Positions 1-12,530 are shown, counted from the first letter of the stretch. The stretch is 18,255 nt of DNA from Methanocellales archaeon (GCA_038850285.1 JAWCMA010000006.1:1-18255), one strand, 5' to 3'. The notes: a model not told the origin generated them from the letters alone. Numbers and translations are program-made.

Positions 1-167
1 GTCACGGGGGTATAGGTTGGGATTGGAGTTGGGCTTGCAATCCAGGGAGATGAACTTGGAGTAGGCGATGGAGTTGGATTTATAATAACTTGCTGCTGAA
101 TGCACCCAGTCGCAAATAAACATAGCACCAGTATTAAAAACACTCTATATTTTATCATCTTTTTCAT
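1..167 (-). CDS. Putative secreted lipoprotein with Pro/Thr/Ser-rich linker (partial, runs off left edge; not in ORF track)
   Basis: ATG at 167, 1 nt after the leuB stop. Hand translation: MKKMIKYRVFLILVLCLFATGCIQQQVIINPTPSPTPSSSPWIASPTPIPTYTPV... It has a basic N-terminus, a hydrophobic stretch, a lipobox-like ATG-C and a PT linker. Confidence 0.85.
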   Translation of the reverse strand, partial: MKKMIKYRVFLILVLCLFATGCIQQQVIINPTPSPTPSSSPWIASPTPIPTYTPV

Positions 168-168
168 C

Positions 169-1299
169 CTAACCTATCTCCCTAACGATCCTTGCGATAT
201 CATCACCTACTTCACTCGTCTTAGAGCTGCCTCCTAAGTCGTAGGTGCGTACTCTGCCCTCTTTTAAATTCTGCTCAATTGCTTTAACCACCAGCTGCGC
301 TGCTTCCCTCTCACCTAGGTTTTCAAGTAGCATTGCCCCTGCCCATATTGTTGCTATTGGATTAACTTTATTCAAGCCTTTATATTTAGGAGCACTTCCA
401 TGGATGGGCTCAAACATGCTTGTACCAGTTGGATTTATATTGCCGCCTGGAGCTAAGCCAAGGCCTCCTTGGATCATTGCACCCAAGTCTGTGATTATAT
501 CACCGAACATATTGGGTGCCACCACGACATCGAACCACTCTGGGTTTTTCACGAACCACATGGTAATCGCATCGACGAAGTTAAAATCGGTTTTTACATC
601 TGGATATGACTTGGCAATTTCACTGAAAATCTCCCGCCAGAAGCCATAGACCTCAGTTAAAACATTTGCTTTATCCACGCTTGAAAGATGCTTTCTGCGC
701 TGCCTAGCGAGTTCAAAGGCATATTTAATTACTCTTTCACAGCCTTTCCTAGTAACGGCTCCAATTTGATATGCTACCTCCTCGCTCTCAGATTCTATAT
801 CCAGATTGAATTTAATTTTATATAGCTTGCGGATTACCTCTAGTTCTTGCTTGCTCACTCCCTGCTTTGCCCTTCCCCCTATGCCTATGTAGAAGTCCTC
901 GGTATTTTCTCTAACTACAACAAAATCTATATCCCTAGGTGTTTTGCTCTTCAAAGGGGTTTCCACGCCTTCAAGTAGCTTCACAGGTCTGAGATTGATA
1001 TATTGATCGAAGTAGAAGCGCAGGGTTAGCAGAATTCCCTTTTCAAGTATTCCTGGTTTAACTCTCTCATCGCCAATAGAACCAAGATAAATTGCTTTAT
1101 ACTTTGAGAGCTCCTGCAAGGTTTCCTGGGTGATGAGCTCGCCAGTTTTGAGATAATGATCAGCGCCATTTGGGTAATGCACCCATTCTATTTCAAAACC
1201 CATAACCTCGCTCACTGCATCTAGAACTTTTTTGCCTTCAGCAATAACCTCGGGTCCTATTCCATCGCCAGCTATTACTGGAATTTTATATTTAACCAT
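169..1299 (-). CDS. leuB: 3-isopropylmalate/3-methylmalate dehydrogenase (isocitrate/isopropylmalate/tartrate dehydrogenase family)
   Basis: Motifs [33 protein letters not shown] and FEPIHGSAP. The start is placed at ATG 1299 because of SD AGGTGG just upstream (the ORF track's GTG at 1308 lies within the SD). The family is secure; exact substrate is less certain. Confidence 0.8.
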   Translation of the reverse strand: MVKYKIPVIAGDGIGPEVIAEGKKVLDAVSEVMGFEIEWVHYPNGADHYLKTGELITQETLQELSKYKAIYLGSIGDERVKPGILEKGILLTLRFYFDQYINLRPVKLLEGVETPLKSKTPRDIDFVVVRENTEDFYIGIGGRAKQGVSKQELEVIRKLYKIKFNLDIESESEEVAYQIGAVTRKGCERVIKYAFELARQRRKHLSSVDKANVLTEVYGFWREIFSEIAKSYPDVKTDFNFVDAITMWFVKNPEWFDVVVAPNMFGDIITDLGAMIQGGLGLAPGGNINPTGTSMFEPIHGSAPKYKGLNKVNPIATIWAGAMLLENLGEREAAQLVVKAIEQNLKEGRVRTYDLGGSSKTSEVGDDIARIVREIG

Positions 1300-1363
1300 G
1301 AGATCCACCTTCTAAAAAAATAAAGGCAAGGCTTTCAAATATTTTTCCCCATTCCTGCGAATT

Positions 1364-5763
<4,400 letters not shown>

Positions 5764-5861
5764 TCATGTTTCTCTATTTTATCTGCTTTATAGATACTTA
5801 TATTTTATGCTCTTGGGAAAACATAATATTCCAAATTTTAAATTATTTTTATATTATAAAA

Positions 5862-7436
5862 TTAGAAAGCATGCATGCTTTTTTTCTCGCCTTCATCAAA
5901 TTTAATTTCACCGTGCTTAGCTTCCCACTCCTCGATAGGTATGCTATACTTGCGCTCAATCTCCTCTCTATACGTTGGTCCAGAGTTATATGCACAGAAC
6001 GGCACAATTCTCCGCTTAGGGTCGGGAGTGGCATAGTGAATCACGCAGCGGCGCACCCTTTCGAGGTCGTAATTAAAATTATCCATGAAATGCATTGTAC
6101 CAATGAAAAGAGCTCTCCAGTGAAATTCTCCAAGCTCGGAATAATCTTGATCTCGCAGAATTTTCTTCAGCTTTTCTCTAAAATTCACACCAAGCAGCTC
6201 TTCCTTTTCAGTTATACATTCATTTATAGTCTTCAATCCCTTAAGGAATACCTTTGCCTTGCTCAACAAGCCTCCTTTTAGAAGCTCAAAGGTTATTTCA
6301 TCCATTGAAGCAAAAAGTCTTTCCACATCCACAAATCTATTTATCGGAATCAAACCTTTTTCAGTTATAAATACATAAGTTGCCATACCGCAGTGTGGAT
6401 GTGCACTCAATTCAACTTGCGGTTTACCTACATATGCTTCCACCAGCTTGGAAATCGCAACTACACACGGCACTGGATAGAAATCCCTTTTTTTGATCTC
6501 TCCATTAGTTTGCACCTCAATTCTACTGCAAAGATCCGGAATAGTGAATCTCCGCCTCTCCCGCTCTTCAGTGGAAGCAGCACCTGTGAATGCAACTGGC
6601 TGGAAATTAACACCTCTCACAACATCCACATTCTCAGCGGCAAATCTAATTATACCCCCAATTTCATGGTCATTAATCCCATTCAAAAGCGTAGGAACTA
6701 AAACCACACCGAGCTTAACCTTTCGACAGTTGACAATTGCTTGCTTCTTGACCTCAAGCAAAGGCTCAGTTGCTTTGGAAATACCATCGAAGTGAAGATA
6801 AAGCGTGTTCAGCCCAGCTTCAAAAAGTTTTTTAATAAGGCCTTTTTCCCTAGCGATTTTCACCCCATTGGAAGCCAGCTGAATCTGTAAAAAACCTAAA
6901 TCCTTGGCAGCTTTAATGATCTCAGGAAGATCGTCTCGAAGAGTTGGCTCGCCGCCTGAAAACTGGATAGCTGGTGCTGGCACAGGCTGCTCCTGGCGCA
7001 GTGCCTTCATCATCTCCAGTATCTGCTCAAAAGTAGGCTCATATACATATCCACGCCTATAGGCATTTGCAAAGCAGAAACTGCAGCGCAGATTGCAGCG
7101 ATTTGTAACATCTATATTAGCTAAATTAGTAGCACCTAAATGCAGGTTGCATAAACCGCAGTCGTCCGGGCAGCGACTTGCATTTTTCACCTGTGGATTT
7201 TCAATGGTTCTAGCATCATAAGCATATTTCTCTGCTTTTAAATATAGCTCCACATCACTCCAGTAAATATCTTTAACTCCGCCGTGTTCAGGACAGGTTT
7301 TCTCAATCCAGACAGCCCCATTGTTGGCGTAAACATTAGCCGCAATTAGTTTCTTGCAGATTGGACAGATCGATTGAGTTTGCTTTGGAAGTCCTTTTTT
7401 CAACGCTGTTTGATAGGAAGTGTAATTCTTTTTCAA
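5862..7436 (-). CDS. tes: Tetraether lipid synthase Tes (GDGT/macrocyclic archaeol synthase, radical SAM)
   Basis: N-terminal CxxC...CPEHG metal site, CPDDCGLCNLH, radical-SAM CNLRCSFC, FSGGEPT, HPHCG and C-terminal RCVIHYATPD...PFCAYN, matching the MJ0619/Tes family architecture. TTG start at 7436 (SD GGGGTGA) or 7442. Confidence 0.9.
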   Translation of the reverse strand: MKKNYTSYQTALKKGLPKQTQSICPICKKLIAANVYANNGAVWIEKTCPEHGGVKDIYWSDVELYLKAEKYAYDARTIENPQVKNASRCPDDCGLCNLHLGATNLANIDVTNRCNLRCSFCFANAYRRGYVYEPTFEQILEMMKALRQEQPVPAPAIQFSGGEPTLRDDLPEIIKAAKDLGFLQIQLASNGVKIAREKGLIKKLFEAGLNTLYLHFDGISKATEPLLEVKKQAIVNCRKVKLGVVLVPTLLNGINDHEIGGIIRFAAENVDVVRGVNFQPVAFTGAASTEERERRRFTIPDLCSRIEVQTNGEIKKRDFYPVPCVVAISKLVEAYVGKPQVELSAHPHCGMATYVFITEKGLIPINRFVDVERLFASMDEITFELLKGGLLSKAKVFLKGLKTINECITEKEELLGVNFREKLKKILRDQDYSELGEFHWRALFIGTMHFMDNFNYDLERVRRCVIHYATPDPKRRIVPFCAYNSGPTYREEIERKYSIPIEEWEAKHGEIKFDEGEKKSMHAF

Positions 7437-7532
7437 CCCCAATCACCCCGTCACTGGCACCAGCAAATTTAATACTATGTGATCATTTAACATAGGAATT
7501 AATTAAGACTTTTGGTGCAGGAGAATAAAAAA

Positions 7533-8084
7533 TTGATAGAAAGCGCACTTGAAACACTTGCTAAAACAATTTGGTTAATGCTCCCAGCGTATCTCCCTAA
7601 TCCAGCAGCAGCACTATTTGGAGGGAGAACCCCTATAGATCTTGGAAAGCACTTTTTGGATGGAAAGCGCATCCTAGGAGATGGAAAAACCTTTCAAGGA
7701 TTAATATCCGGCACCGCCTGCGGTATAGCAATTGGCATTGCACAGCATTATTTAGCCGAAAAAGTTAATATGCCGGATTTTGGGGATTACCCTATTTTTC
7801 TTCAAGTGGTTTTCCTCCTTTCCTTCGGTGCGCTGCTTGGCGACTTGTTAAAAAGCTTTTTCAAGCGAAGATTGGGCTATGAGCGAGGAGCTAAACTTCC
7901 AGTTGTGGATCAACTTGATTTGGTCTTAGGTGCTTGGATGCTTGCATTGATATTTGCCAGAGATTGGTTTTTAGCAAATTTCAATGTATATATAATTTTA
8001 ACCGCAGTGATAATAACACCATTGCTGCATAGAATAGTTAATGTGATAGGATACAAAATTGGAGCTAAAAGGGAACCTTGGTGA
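7533..8084 (+). CDS. carS: CDP-archaeol synthase (CDP-2,3-bis-O-geranylgeranyl-sn-glycerol synthase)
   Basis: Motifs MLPAYLPNP, PIDLGK..DGKRILGDGKT, GDLLKSFFKRRLG and DQLD, a multi-pass hydrophobic profile and C-terminal PW. TTG start at 7533 follows GGAG; alternatives are 7512 and 7515. Confidence 0.93.
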   Translation: MIESALETLAKTIWLMLPAYLPNPAAALFGGRTPIDLGKHFLDGKRILGDGKTFQGLISGTACGIAIGIAQHYLAEKVNMPDFGDYPIFLQVVFLLSFGALLGDLLKSFFKRRLGYERGAKLPVVDQLDLVLGAWMLALIFARDWFLANFNVYIILTAVIITPLLHRIVNVIGYKIGAKREPW

Positions 8085-8105
8085 ATTGTGCAGTGGTGAA
8101 TTGCG

Positions 8106-8642
8106 ATGGATGAACTCATAAATGCACTTAAAGCCTGCGGCGCGATTAAATTAGGCGACTTTGTGCTTTCATCTGGAAAGAAAAGCAAGTACTATATAGA
8201 TATAAAAAAAGCAAGCGCTGAGCCTAAGGTACTTAAATTAATTGCAAGCCAAGTAGCAGCTGCGATAAAGCAAATAGAGCAAAATCGAAATATAAAGTTT
8301 GACCGCATCGCAGGGATAGAACTCGGAGGCGTGCCTATTGCAGTTGCAGCTTCCCTTGAACTTAACCTGCCTCTGCTCATCATTAGAAAAGCTGAGAAAT
8401 CCTATGGTTTAAAGGAAAGAATAGTGGGAAGTTTAAATCTTAGTGATAGAGTTGTGCTGTTGGAGGATGTGGTTACAACAGGCAGTTCAGCGCTAAGCGG
8501 GGTAGAGATCATAAAAGCTGCAGGTGGATCTATAGATACAGTGATAAGCATCGTAGATAGAGAAGAGGGTGCTTTAAAAGCTATGAATGAAAAGGGAATA
8601 AGCTTGATAGCTTTAATTAAAGCAAGCGAGTTACTTAAATGA
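8106..8642 (+). CDS. pyrE: Orotate phosphoribosyltransferase
   Basis: Motifs GDFVLSSGKKSKYYID, IRKAEKSYG and the PRPP-binding VLLEDVVTTGSS. SD GGTGA upstream. Confidence 0.96.
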   Translation: MDELINALKACGAIKLGDFVLSSGKKSKYYIDIKKASAEPKVLKLIASQVAAAIKQIEQNRNIKFDRIAGIELGGVPIAVAASLELNLPLLIIRKAEKSYGLKERIVGSLNLSDRVVLLEDVVTTGSSALSGVEIIKAAGGSIDTVISIVDREEGALKAMNEKGISLIALIKASELLK

Positions 8643-8646
8643 GAAG

Positions 8647-8961
8647 ATGAAGCAAGTTGCGGGGAAGATATATCCATTTGAAAAACCTGAGCTTTTGATA
8701 GAAATATTGGAATCAATGAATCTAGGCGAGCAGTTTTTTTACATGACTCCAACTCAAGAATTCAGCTATACTACTACCTTTGTAGTATTAAGAAAGGAAA
8801 GAATTGGTTGGTCGCTATGGAGGCAGAAGAGGAGTGAATTCGGAGGGCGCGACTATCTTCCAATATTTTTCAAGACCGCGAAAGAAGTTATTCGCTGGAT
8901 GATCGAGAATAATGCCTATCTCGATGAAATGGAGTTAATGTTTAAAAACTCGCTCTTTTAA
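8647..8961 (+). CDS. Hypothetical protein (104 aa)
   Basis: ATG 4 nt after the pyrE stop; it fills the gap and has protein-like composition. No recognisable motif. Confidence 0.75.
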   Translation: MKQVAGKIYPFEKPELLIEILESMNLGEQFFYMTPTQEFSYTTTFVVLRKERIGWSLWRQKRSEFGGRDYLPIFFKTAKEVIRWMIENNAYLDEMELMFKNSLF

Positions 8962-8969
8962 TCAAAACT

Positions 8970-8977
8970 TTTATTAA
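8970..8977 (+). promoter_or_regulatory. Candidate TATA box (near-leaderless promoter) for the FTR gene
   Basis: TTTATTAA preceded by an A-rich BRE-like CAAAAC, ending 24 nt before ATG 9002. Confidence 0.5.
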
Positions 8978-9001
8978 AAATCGGGGCAGAGGAAATAAAA
9001 T

Positions 9002-9271
9002 ATGAATGAAGCAGAGGTGGAAAAAATCTTAACTTGGGCTGAGAAATATGCTGCTAGATCAGGATTTAGAGTAAACCCTAATAGAGAACAGGCTAAATTG
9101 ATAGCGCTGGGTTTGCTTAAAAATCAGGAGAAATATAGCAAGCGCTACTGCCCCTGCAGGATTATCACTGGTAATGCCGAGGAGGATAGGAAGATAATTT
9201 GCCCGTGTGCCTATCACAAGGAGGAAATAGCTGCCCAAGGGCAGTGCCACTGCGGGCTATTTATGAAGTAG
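9002..9271 (+). CDS. Ferredoxin:thioredoxin reductase catalytic (beta) subunit-like protein
   Basis: Diagnostic CPC...CPC...CHC motifs (YCPCR, ICPCAYH, QCHCGLF). It is 89 aa with no fused rubredoxin or glutaredoxin domain. Confidence 0.92.
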   Translation: MNEAEVEKILTWAEKYAARSGFRVNPNREQAKLIALGLLKNQEKYSKRYCPCRIITGNAEEDRKIICPCAYHKEEIAAQGQCHCGLFMK

Positions 9272-9276
9272 GGTAA

Positions 9277-9570
9277 ATGGCAAATGATAAAAAAAATTTG
9301 AGCATTGAAATAGCTATAGATGAAGAAGCGCTTGAGGAAATCATCGATAGCTATCTTGATATAGGCGCTCCCCTCACTAGGCTTGAGATTAAAAGCGAGC
9401 TAGTATTAATAGTGCAGGGAGAAGATATAGAACAGCTTTTATATATGCAGGAAAACGGGGCTTGCTTGAATTGCAGCTACTCAAGAGCAGAACCTAAAGC
9501 AGTTAGGAAGCAAGGGAGGAAAATAGAGGTTGACTTTACCCTTAGAACTTGCAACCTTAAGTCTAGGTGA
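9277..9570 (+). CDS. Hypothetical protein with acidic N-terminus and CxxC (possibly frameshift-truncated)
   Basis: ATG 5 nt after the FTR stop. It contains CLNC and a late RTC. Confidence 0.7.
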   Translation: MANDKKNLSIEIAIDEEALEEIIDSYLDIGAPLTRLEIKSELVLIVQGEDIEQLLYMQENGACLNCSYSRAEPKAVRKQGRKIEVDFTLRTCNLKSR

Positions 9571-9613
9571 AAAATGCAAGCGGCGCAAGCCCCTTATTGT
9601 TATGCGATAACTC

Positions 9614-9621
9614 TTTTAACT
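9614..9621 (+). promoter_or_regulatory. Candidate TATA box (leaderless) for the methionine synthase gene
   Basis: TTTTAACT preceded by CGATAAC, ending 21 nt before ATG 9643. Confidence 0.4.
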
Positions 9622-9642
9622 AGAGGTATCTAAAGCTAGATT

Positions 9643-10653
9643 ATGGTTTATATAGATGATATCGGGAGTTTGCCTTTCCCAAAGAGATCTGACATCACCA
9701 AGGAAAAATTTGCCTCGCTATATGTTGAGCAGCAGGAAATTGCAGCTCAAAGAAGGAAAATTGAGAGCGAGTTATTTTATGATTTAATTGCAAGTGCCCT
9801 CTGGCTAAAGATAGAATCTGGTCTGGATGTAATTAACTACCCTCAGCTTCATAATATGTATGATCAATTTTTGATTGCAATGAGAAATCACGAGATAGAG
9901 CCTTTTTTAATTGAGGAGAGATATGCAGTTATCCCAGAGCTATTTGTGGTAAAGGAAGAAGCAAAGAAATATCACGAGCAAAAGGGAGAAAAGCTGAAGC
10001 TTAGAGTATGCGTTACAGGGCCGCTTGAGCTATATCAAAGATCTGGCTTTGGAACTTATATTTACGGGGATATATTGAGAAACTTCGCCTTGAGCGTGAA
10101 TGCCTTTCTAAGGAACGCTCTCATTAAGAATAAATATGTTGAGACTTTTGCAGTTGCAATTGATGAGCCAAGCTTGGGCTACTCAGATTTGCTTAACCTC
10201 AGCGATGAGGAATTGATTAAATCATATGAACTCACAACTCAAGGTATTTCAACTTTGATTCAAATTCATCTTCATTCCCTCAACGCGGCTAGAATACCGC
10301 TTATGACTGAGAATATAGATGTATTAACAGTTGAGAGCGCTGCAAATCCTGAGAATTTGAAAAATATTTCAAAAGCAGAGTTGGAGGCAAATGATAAGTT
10401 TATTCGCGTGGGTGTTACTAGAACCAATATCGATGCAATTTACGCGGAATATCTAGAAGGGGGCATCGAGCCCAGTGATATCGAGCTCGTGGATAGCGAG
10501 GATTTAATTAGAAAGCGATTTGAAAATGCAAAGAAACTCTTTGGAGATCGCCTGAGCTTCACAGGGCCTGACTGCGGTTTGGGAAGTTGGCCGTCTCAGG
10601 AAGCTGCATTTGAATTACTCAAGCGAACAGTGAGAGCAATTAAAAGCCCTTAA
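9643..10653 (+). CDS. Core (single-barrel, folate-independent) methionine synthase, MetE C-terminal-like; probably MesC-type
   Basis: 336 aa with DIGSLP, CVTGP, IDEPS, a Zn-site region IHLHS...VES and C-terminal GPDCGLGSW. It lacks the N-terminal folate-binding barrel of full MetE. The subfamily call is inferred. Confidence 0.8.
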   Translation: MVYIDDIGSLPFPKRSDITKEKFASLYVEQQEIAAQRRKIESELFYDLIASALWLKIESGLDVINYPQLHNMYDQFLIAMRNHEIEPFLIEERYAVIPELFVVKEEAKKYHEQKGEKLKLRVCVTGPLELYQRSGFGTYIYGDILRNFALSVNAFLRNALIKNKYVETFAVAIDEPSLGYSDLLNLSDEELIKSYELTTQGISTLIQIHLHSLNAARIPLMTENIDVLTVESAANPENLKNISKAELEANDKFIRVGVTRTNIDAIYAEYLEGGIEPSDIELVDSEDLIRKRFENAKKLFGDRLSFTGPDCGLGSWPSQEAAFELLKRTVRAIKSP

Positions 10654-12421
10654 TCCTTTCTAGCATTCTAGCGTGAGCTTTCCGAAGCGAGGGCAGCTCG
10701 TATTTCTCCACGATTATATCCCAGTTGAATCTCTCAGCTAAAGCACGAACATTTCTACTCATTTCCAAGCGAATTTCCTCAGGTGAAGTGATTATCTCAT
10801 AGATATAGCTTGCAATTTCCTCCTCCATTTTCTCCCTGCTCTGCCCTATGACTCTGCAGGCATACATACCCAGCTGAGCCTTCTCCCGCGGTACACCTTT
10901 TGAAACCTCTTCCCTGATATAAGTTTTAACTGCATCCAGCCAGCAGCCTGTTACCTCAGAGGTGATGAAAGGCGTGCCTCCGCGTGCTGCTTCCAGTGGA
11001 GTTAGCCCAAAGGGCTCATATGTACTTGGAAATACACCTACATCGCAGCCTGTCACGAACTCGGGGAATGTAAGTGCTAGATTACAGAGATCGGGTCGCA
11101 TGAATTGATTGAAGAGAAGTACCTTCACCTGTTTAGAGGTTAAATTTATTTGATTTGAGCGCTTGAATAAAGCCACTTCGAAATCGCAAATTAAGTCTTC
11201 GCTGTGCTCATATGGCCATTTCTCTATGACCTTTATACACTCAGCTTTATGAAGGCGCATTCCAGGCTCAGTGCTCCCTGTGACGAGGAATAGCGCTACT
11301 TTGGAGTTATTGCCAGCTGCTTCTAACAAGCTAGCGAGCAATTTGCTTGCATTTATAACCTCAAAAATTCCCTTTTCAATAACCATTCTCCCAATGAAAT
11401 AAGCTATGAAATCAGGCTTGAAATCTGAAACCTTGAATACATAATCCCTCAATAACTCCTTATTTTTCCTCCTCACCTCAGGCGTAGGCGCGGGTCCAAG
11501 TTCAGTGTCTATGCCATTTGGCACTACATCTAAATCTATACCATAGAGTCCCTTAGCTTCTTTGGCGGTAATCTGGCTTACGGTTACAGCGTGATCAGCG
11601 CGCTCCATATTTGCCTCAAGTCCATTTTTCCCGAGATGGAATCCCTCGCTGAGCATTCTATTCTTAATTTCATCCTCTTTCGCAATCAAGTCTTGCTTGT
11701 CATATCCAAAAATGATCTTATTCTCCTTGATCCATTTCTCTATCTTTTCATAGCCTTCATATGGCCCCAGTTTATTTATTAAATGTCTCCCTGAAAATGT
11801 AGCGTGAGCTCTAAGTCTCACACCAACTGGTGAATTCTTGCTTAAAAGGTTGTATCCCCCAGAGAATGTCTGGAATTCTTCAAAACTTGCCACGAGTTTT
11901 ACCTCTGGATTAGCCTCGTGAAGGAAGATCGCTGAATTATGAATTATCTCACCTGCAACATAGCCAAATGTAATATCAGGTTCATACCAAGTATCACCAG
12001 TGTAGTGCAGAGAGTGAATTGCAAATGCACCTCGATCCTTGGTGAACTCAAATAGCTTTGTTTTAATTTGATCCACGTTATTCTCCATATACTCAGGCCA
12101 GTCGGTTTGGCGAAAGCGCGCTGTTCTCACGGCTAGGGTTTTTATCCAGCTCCCGCGCACTTTTCGCTGGCCGAAGAAATAGCTTATATCTCTAATTTGC
12201 CTGCAGGCATATGCTAGATCATGGGGGATCTCTAAACTTTTCCAAGCATTTCTCCTCCGCAATCCATAAATCACGCCACAGGTACTTCGATTCCAAGGGG
12301 CAATTAATATTACCTCTCCATGTTTACTCAAACGAGGAGCTTCATCATCAATTACAGTTCCAATGCCCCCAACTGCTTCCAAGGCTTCCCAGCTGACGAG
12401 GTATATCCTATCGAAGAACAT
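10640..12421 (-). CDS. GT3-family (glycogen synthase-like) GT-B glycosyltransferase, divergent
   Basis: Motifs SWE..AVGGIGTVI, HATFSGR, TVSQITAKEA, VPNG, GR...KG and GCDVGVFPSTYEPFGLTPLE (EX7E) correspond to GT3 glycogen synthase motifs. ATG start at 12421 (TTG 12424 in track). It has a 14-bp convergent overlap with the methionine synthase. Confidence 0.8.
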   Translation of the reverse strand: MFFDRIYLVSWEALEAVGGIGTVIDDEAPRLSKHGEVILIAPWNRSTCGVIYGLRRRNAWKSLEIPHDLAYACRQIRDISYFFGQRKVRGSWIKTLAVRTARFRQTDWPEYMENNVDQIKTKLFEFTKDRGAFAIHSLHYTGDTWYEPDITFGYVAGEIIHNSAIFLHEANPEVKLVASFEEFQTFSGGYNLLSKNSPVGVRLRAHATFSGRHLINKLGPYEGYEKIEKWIKENKIIFGYDKQDLIAKEDEIKNRMLSEGFHLGKNGLEANMERADHAVTVSQITAKEAKGLYGIDLDVVPNGIDTELGPAPTPEVRRKNKELLRDYVFKVSDFKPDFIAYFIGRMVIEKGIFEVINASKLLASLLEAAGNNSKVALFLVTGSTEPGMRLHKAECIKVIEKWPYEHSEDLICDFEVALFKRSNQINLTSKQVKVLLFNQFMRPDLCNLALTFPEFVTGCDVGVFPSTYEPFGLTPLEAARGGTPFITSEVTGCWLDAVKTYIREEVSKGVPREKAQLGMYACRVIGQSREKMEEEIASYIYEIITSPEEIRLEMSRNVRALAERFNWDIIVEKYELPSLRKAHARMLERIKGF

Positions 12422-12445
12422 CAAGATTTCACGGTACTTTTTCCC

Positions 12446-12459
12446 TTATATAATTTGCG
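12446..12459 (-). promoter_or_regulatory. BRE + TATA box of the GT3 gene (leaderless)
   Basis: The minus strand reads CGCAAA-TTATATAA, followed by 24 nt to ATG 12421, which is typical archaeal leaderless spacing. Confidence 0.65.
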
Positions 12460-12482
12460 AGAGAGCAGAGATTGTGCAAATT

Positions 12483-12530
12483 TAGTAAGATAGTAATATA
12501 AATATAGTAAATAGTATAGAAATATAGAAA
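12483..12530. repeat. Degenerate short direct-repeat tract (TAGTAA x3, TAGTAT, TATAGAAA x2)
   Basis: TAGTAA at 12483, 12491 and 12505; TAGTAT at 12512; tandem TATAGAAA at 12515 and 12523. Confidence 0.55.

Noticed and set aside
10-80. GTTGGGATTGGAGTTGG-like DNA repeats
   Set aside because: They are explained by Pro-Thr codons of the minus-strand lipoprotein linker.
5847-5861. Palindrome TTTTATA-T-TATAAAA after the tes stop
   Set aside because: It is pure A/T within a very AT-rich spacer, so it is expected by chance.
9568-9633. Selenocysteine read-through of TGA 9568, or a 19-aa leader peptide (MQAAQAPYCYAITLLTRGI, 9574-9633) after AGGTGA
   Set aside because: I see no Sec-type motif context or SECIS. 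The peptide is not Met-rich and overlaps the candidate promoter of the next gene.
12483-12530. CRISPR array or replication origin
   Set aside because: The units are 6-8 nt with no spacers. No ORB-like G-string motif or cdc6/rep gene is present.
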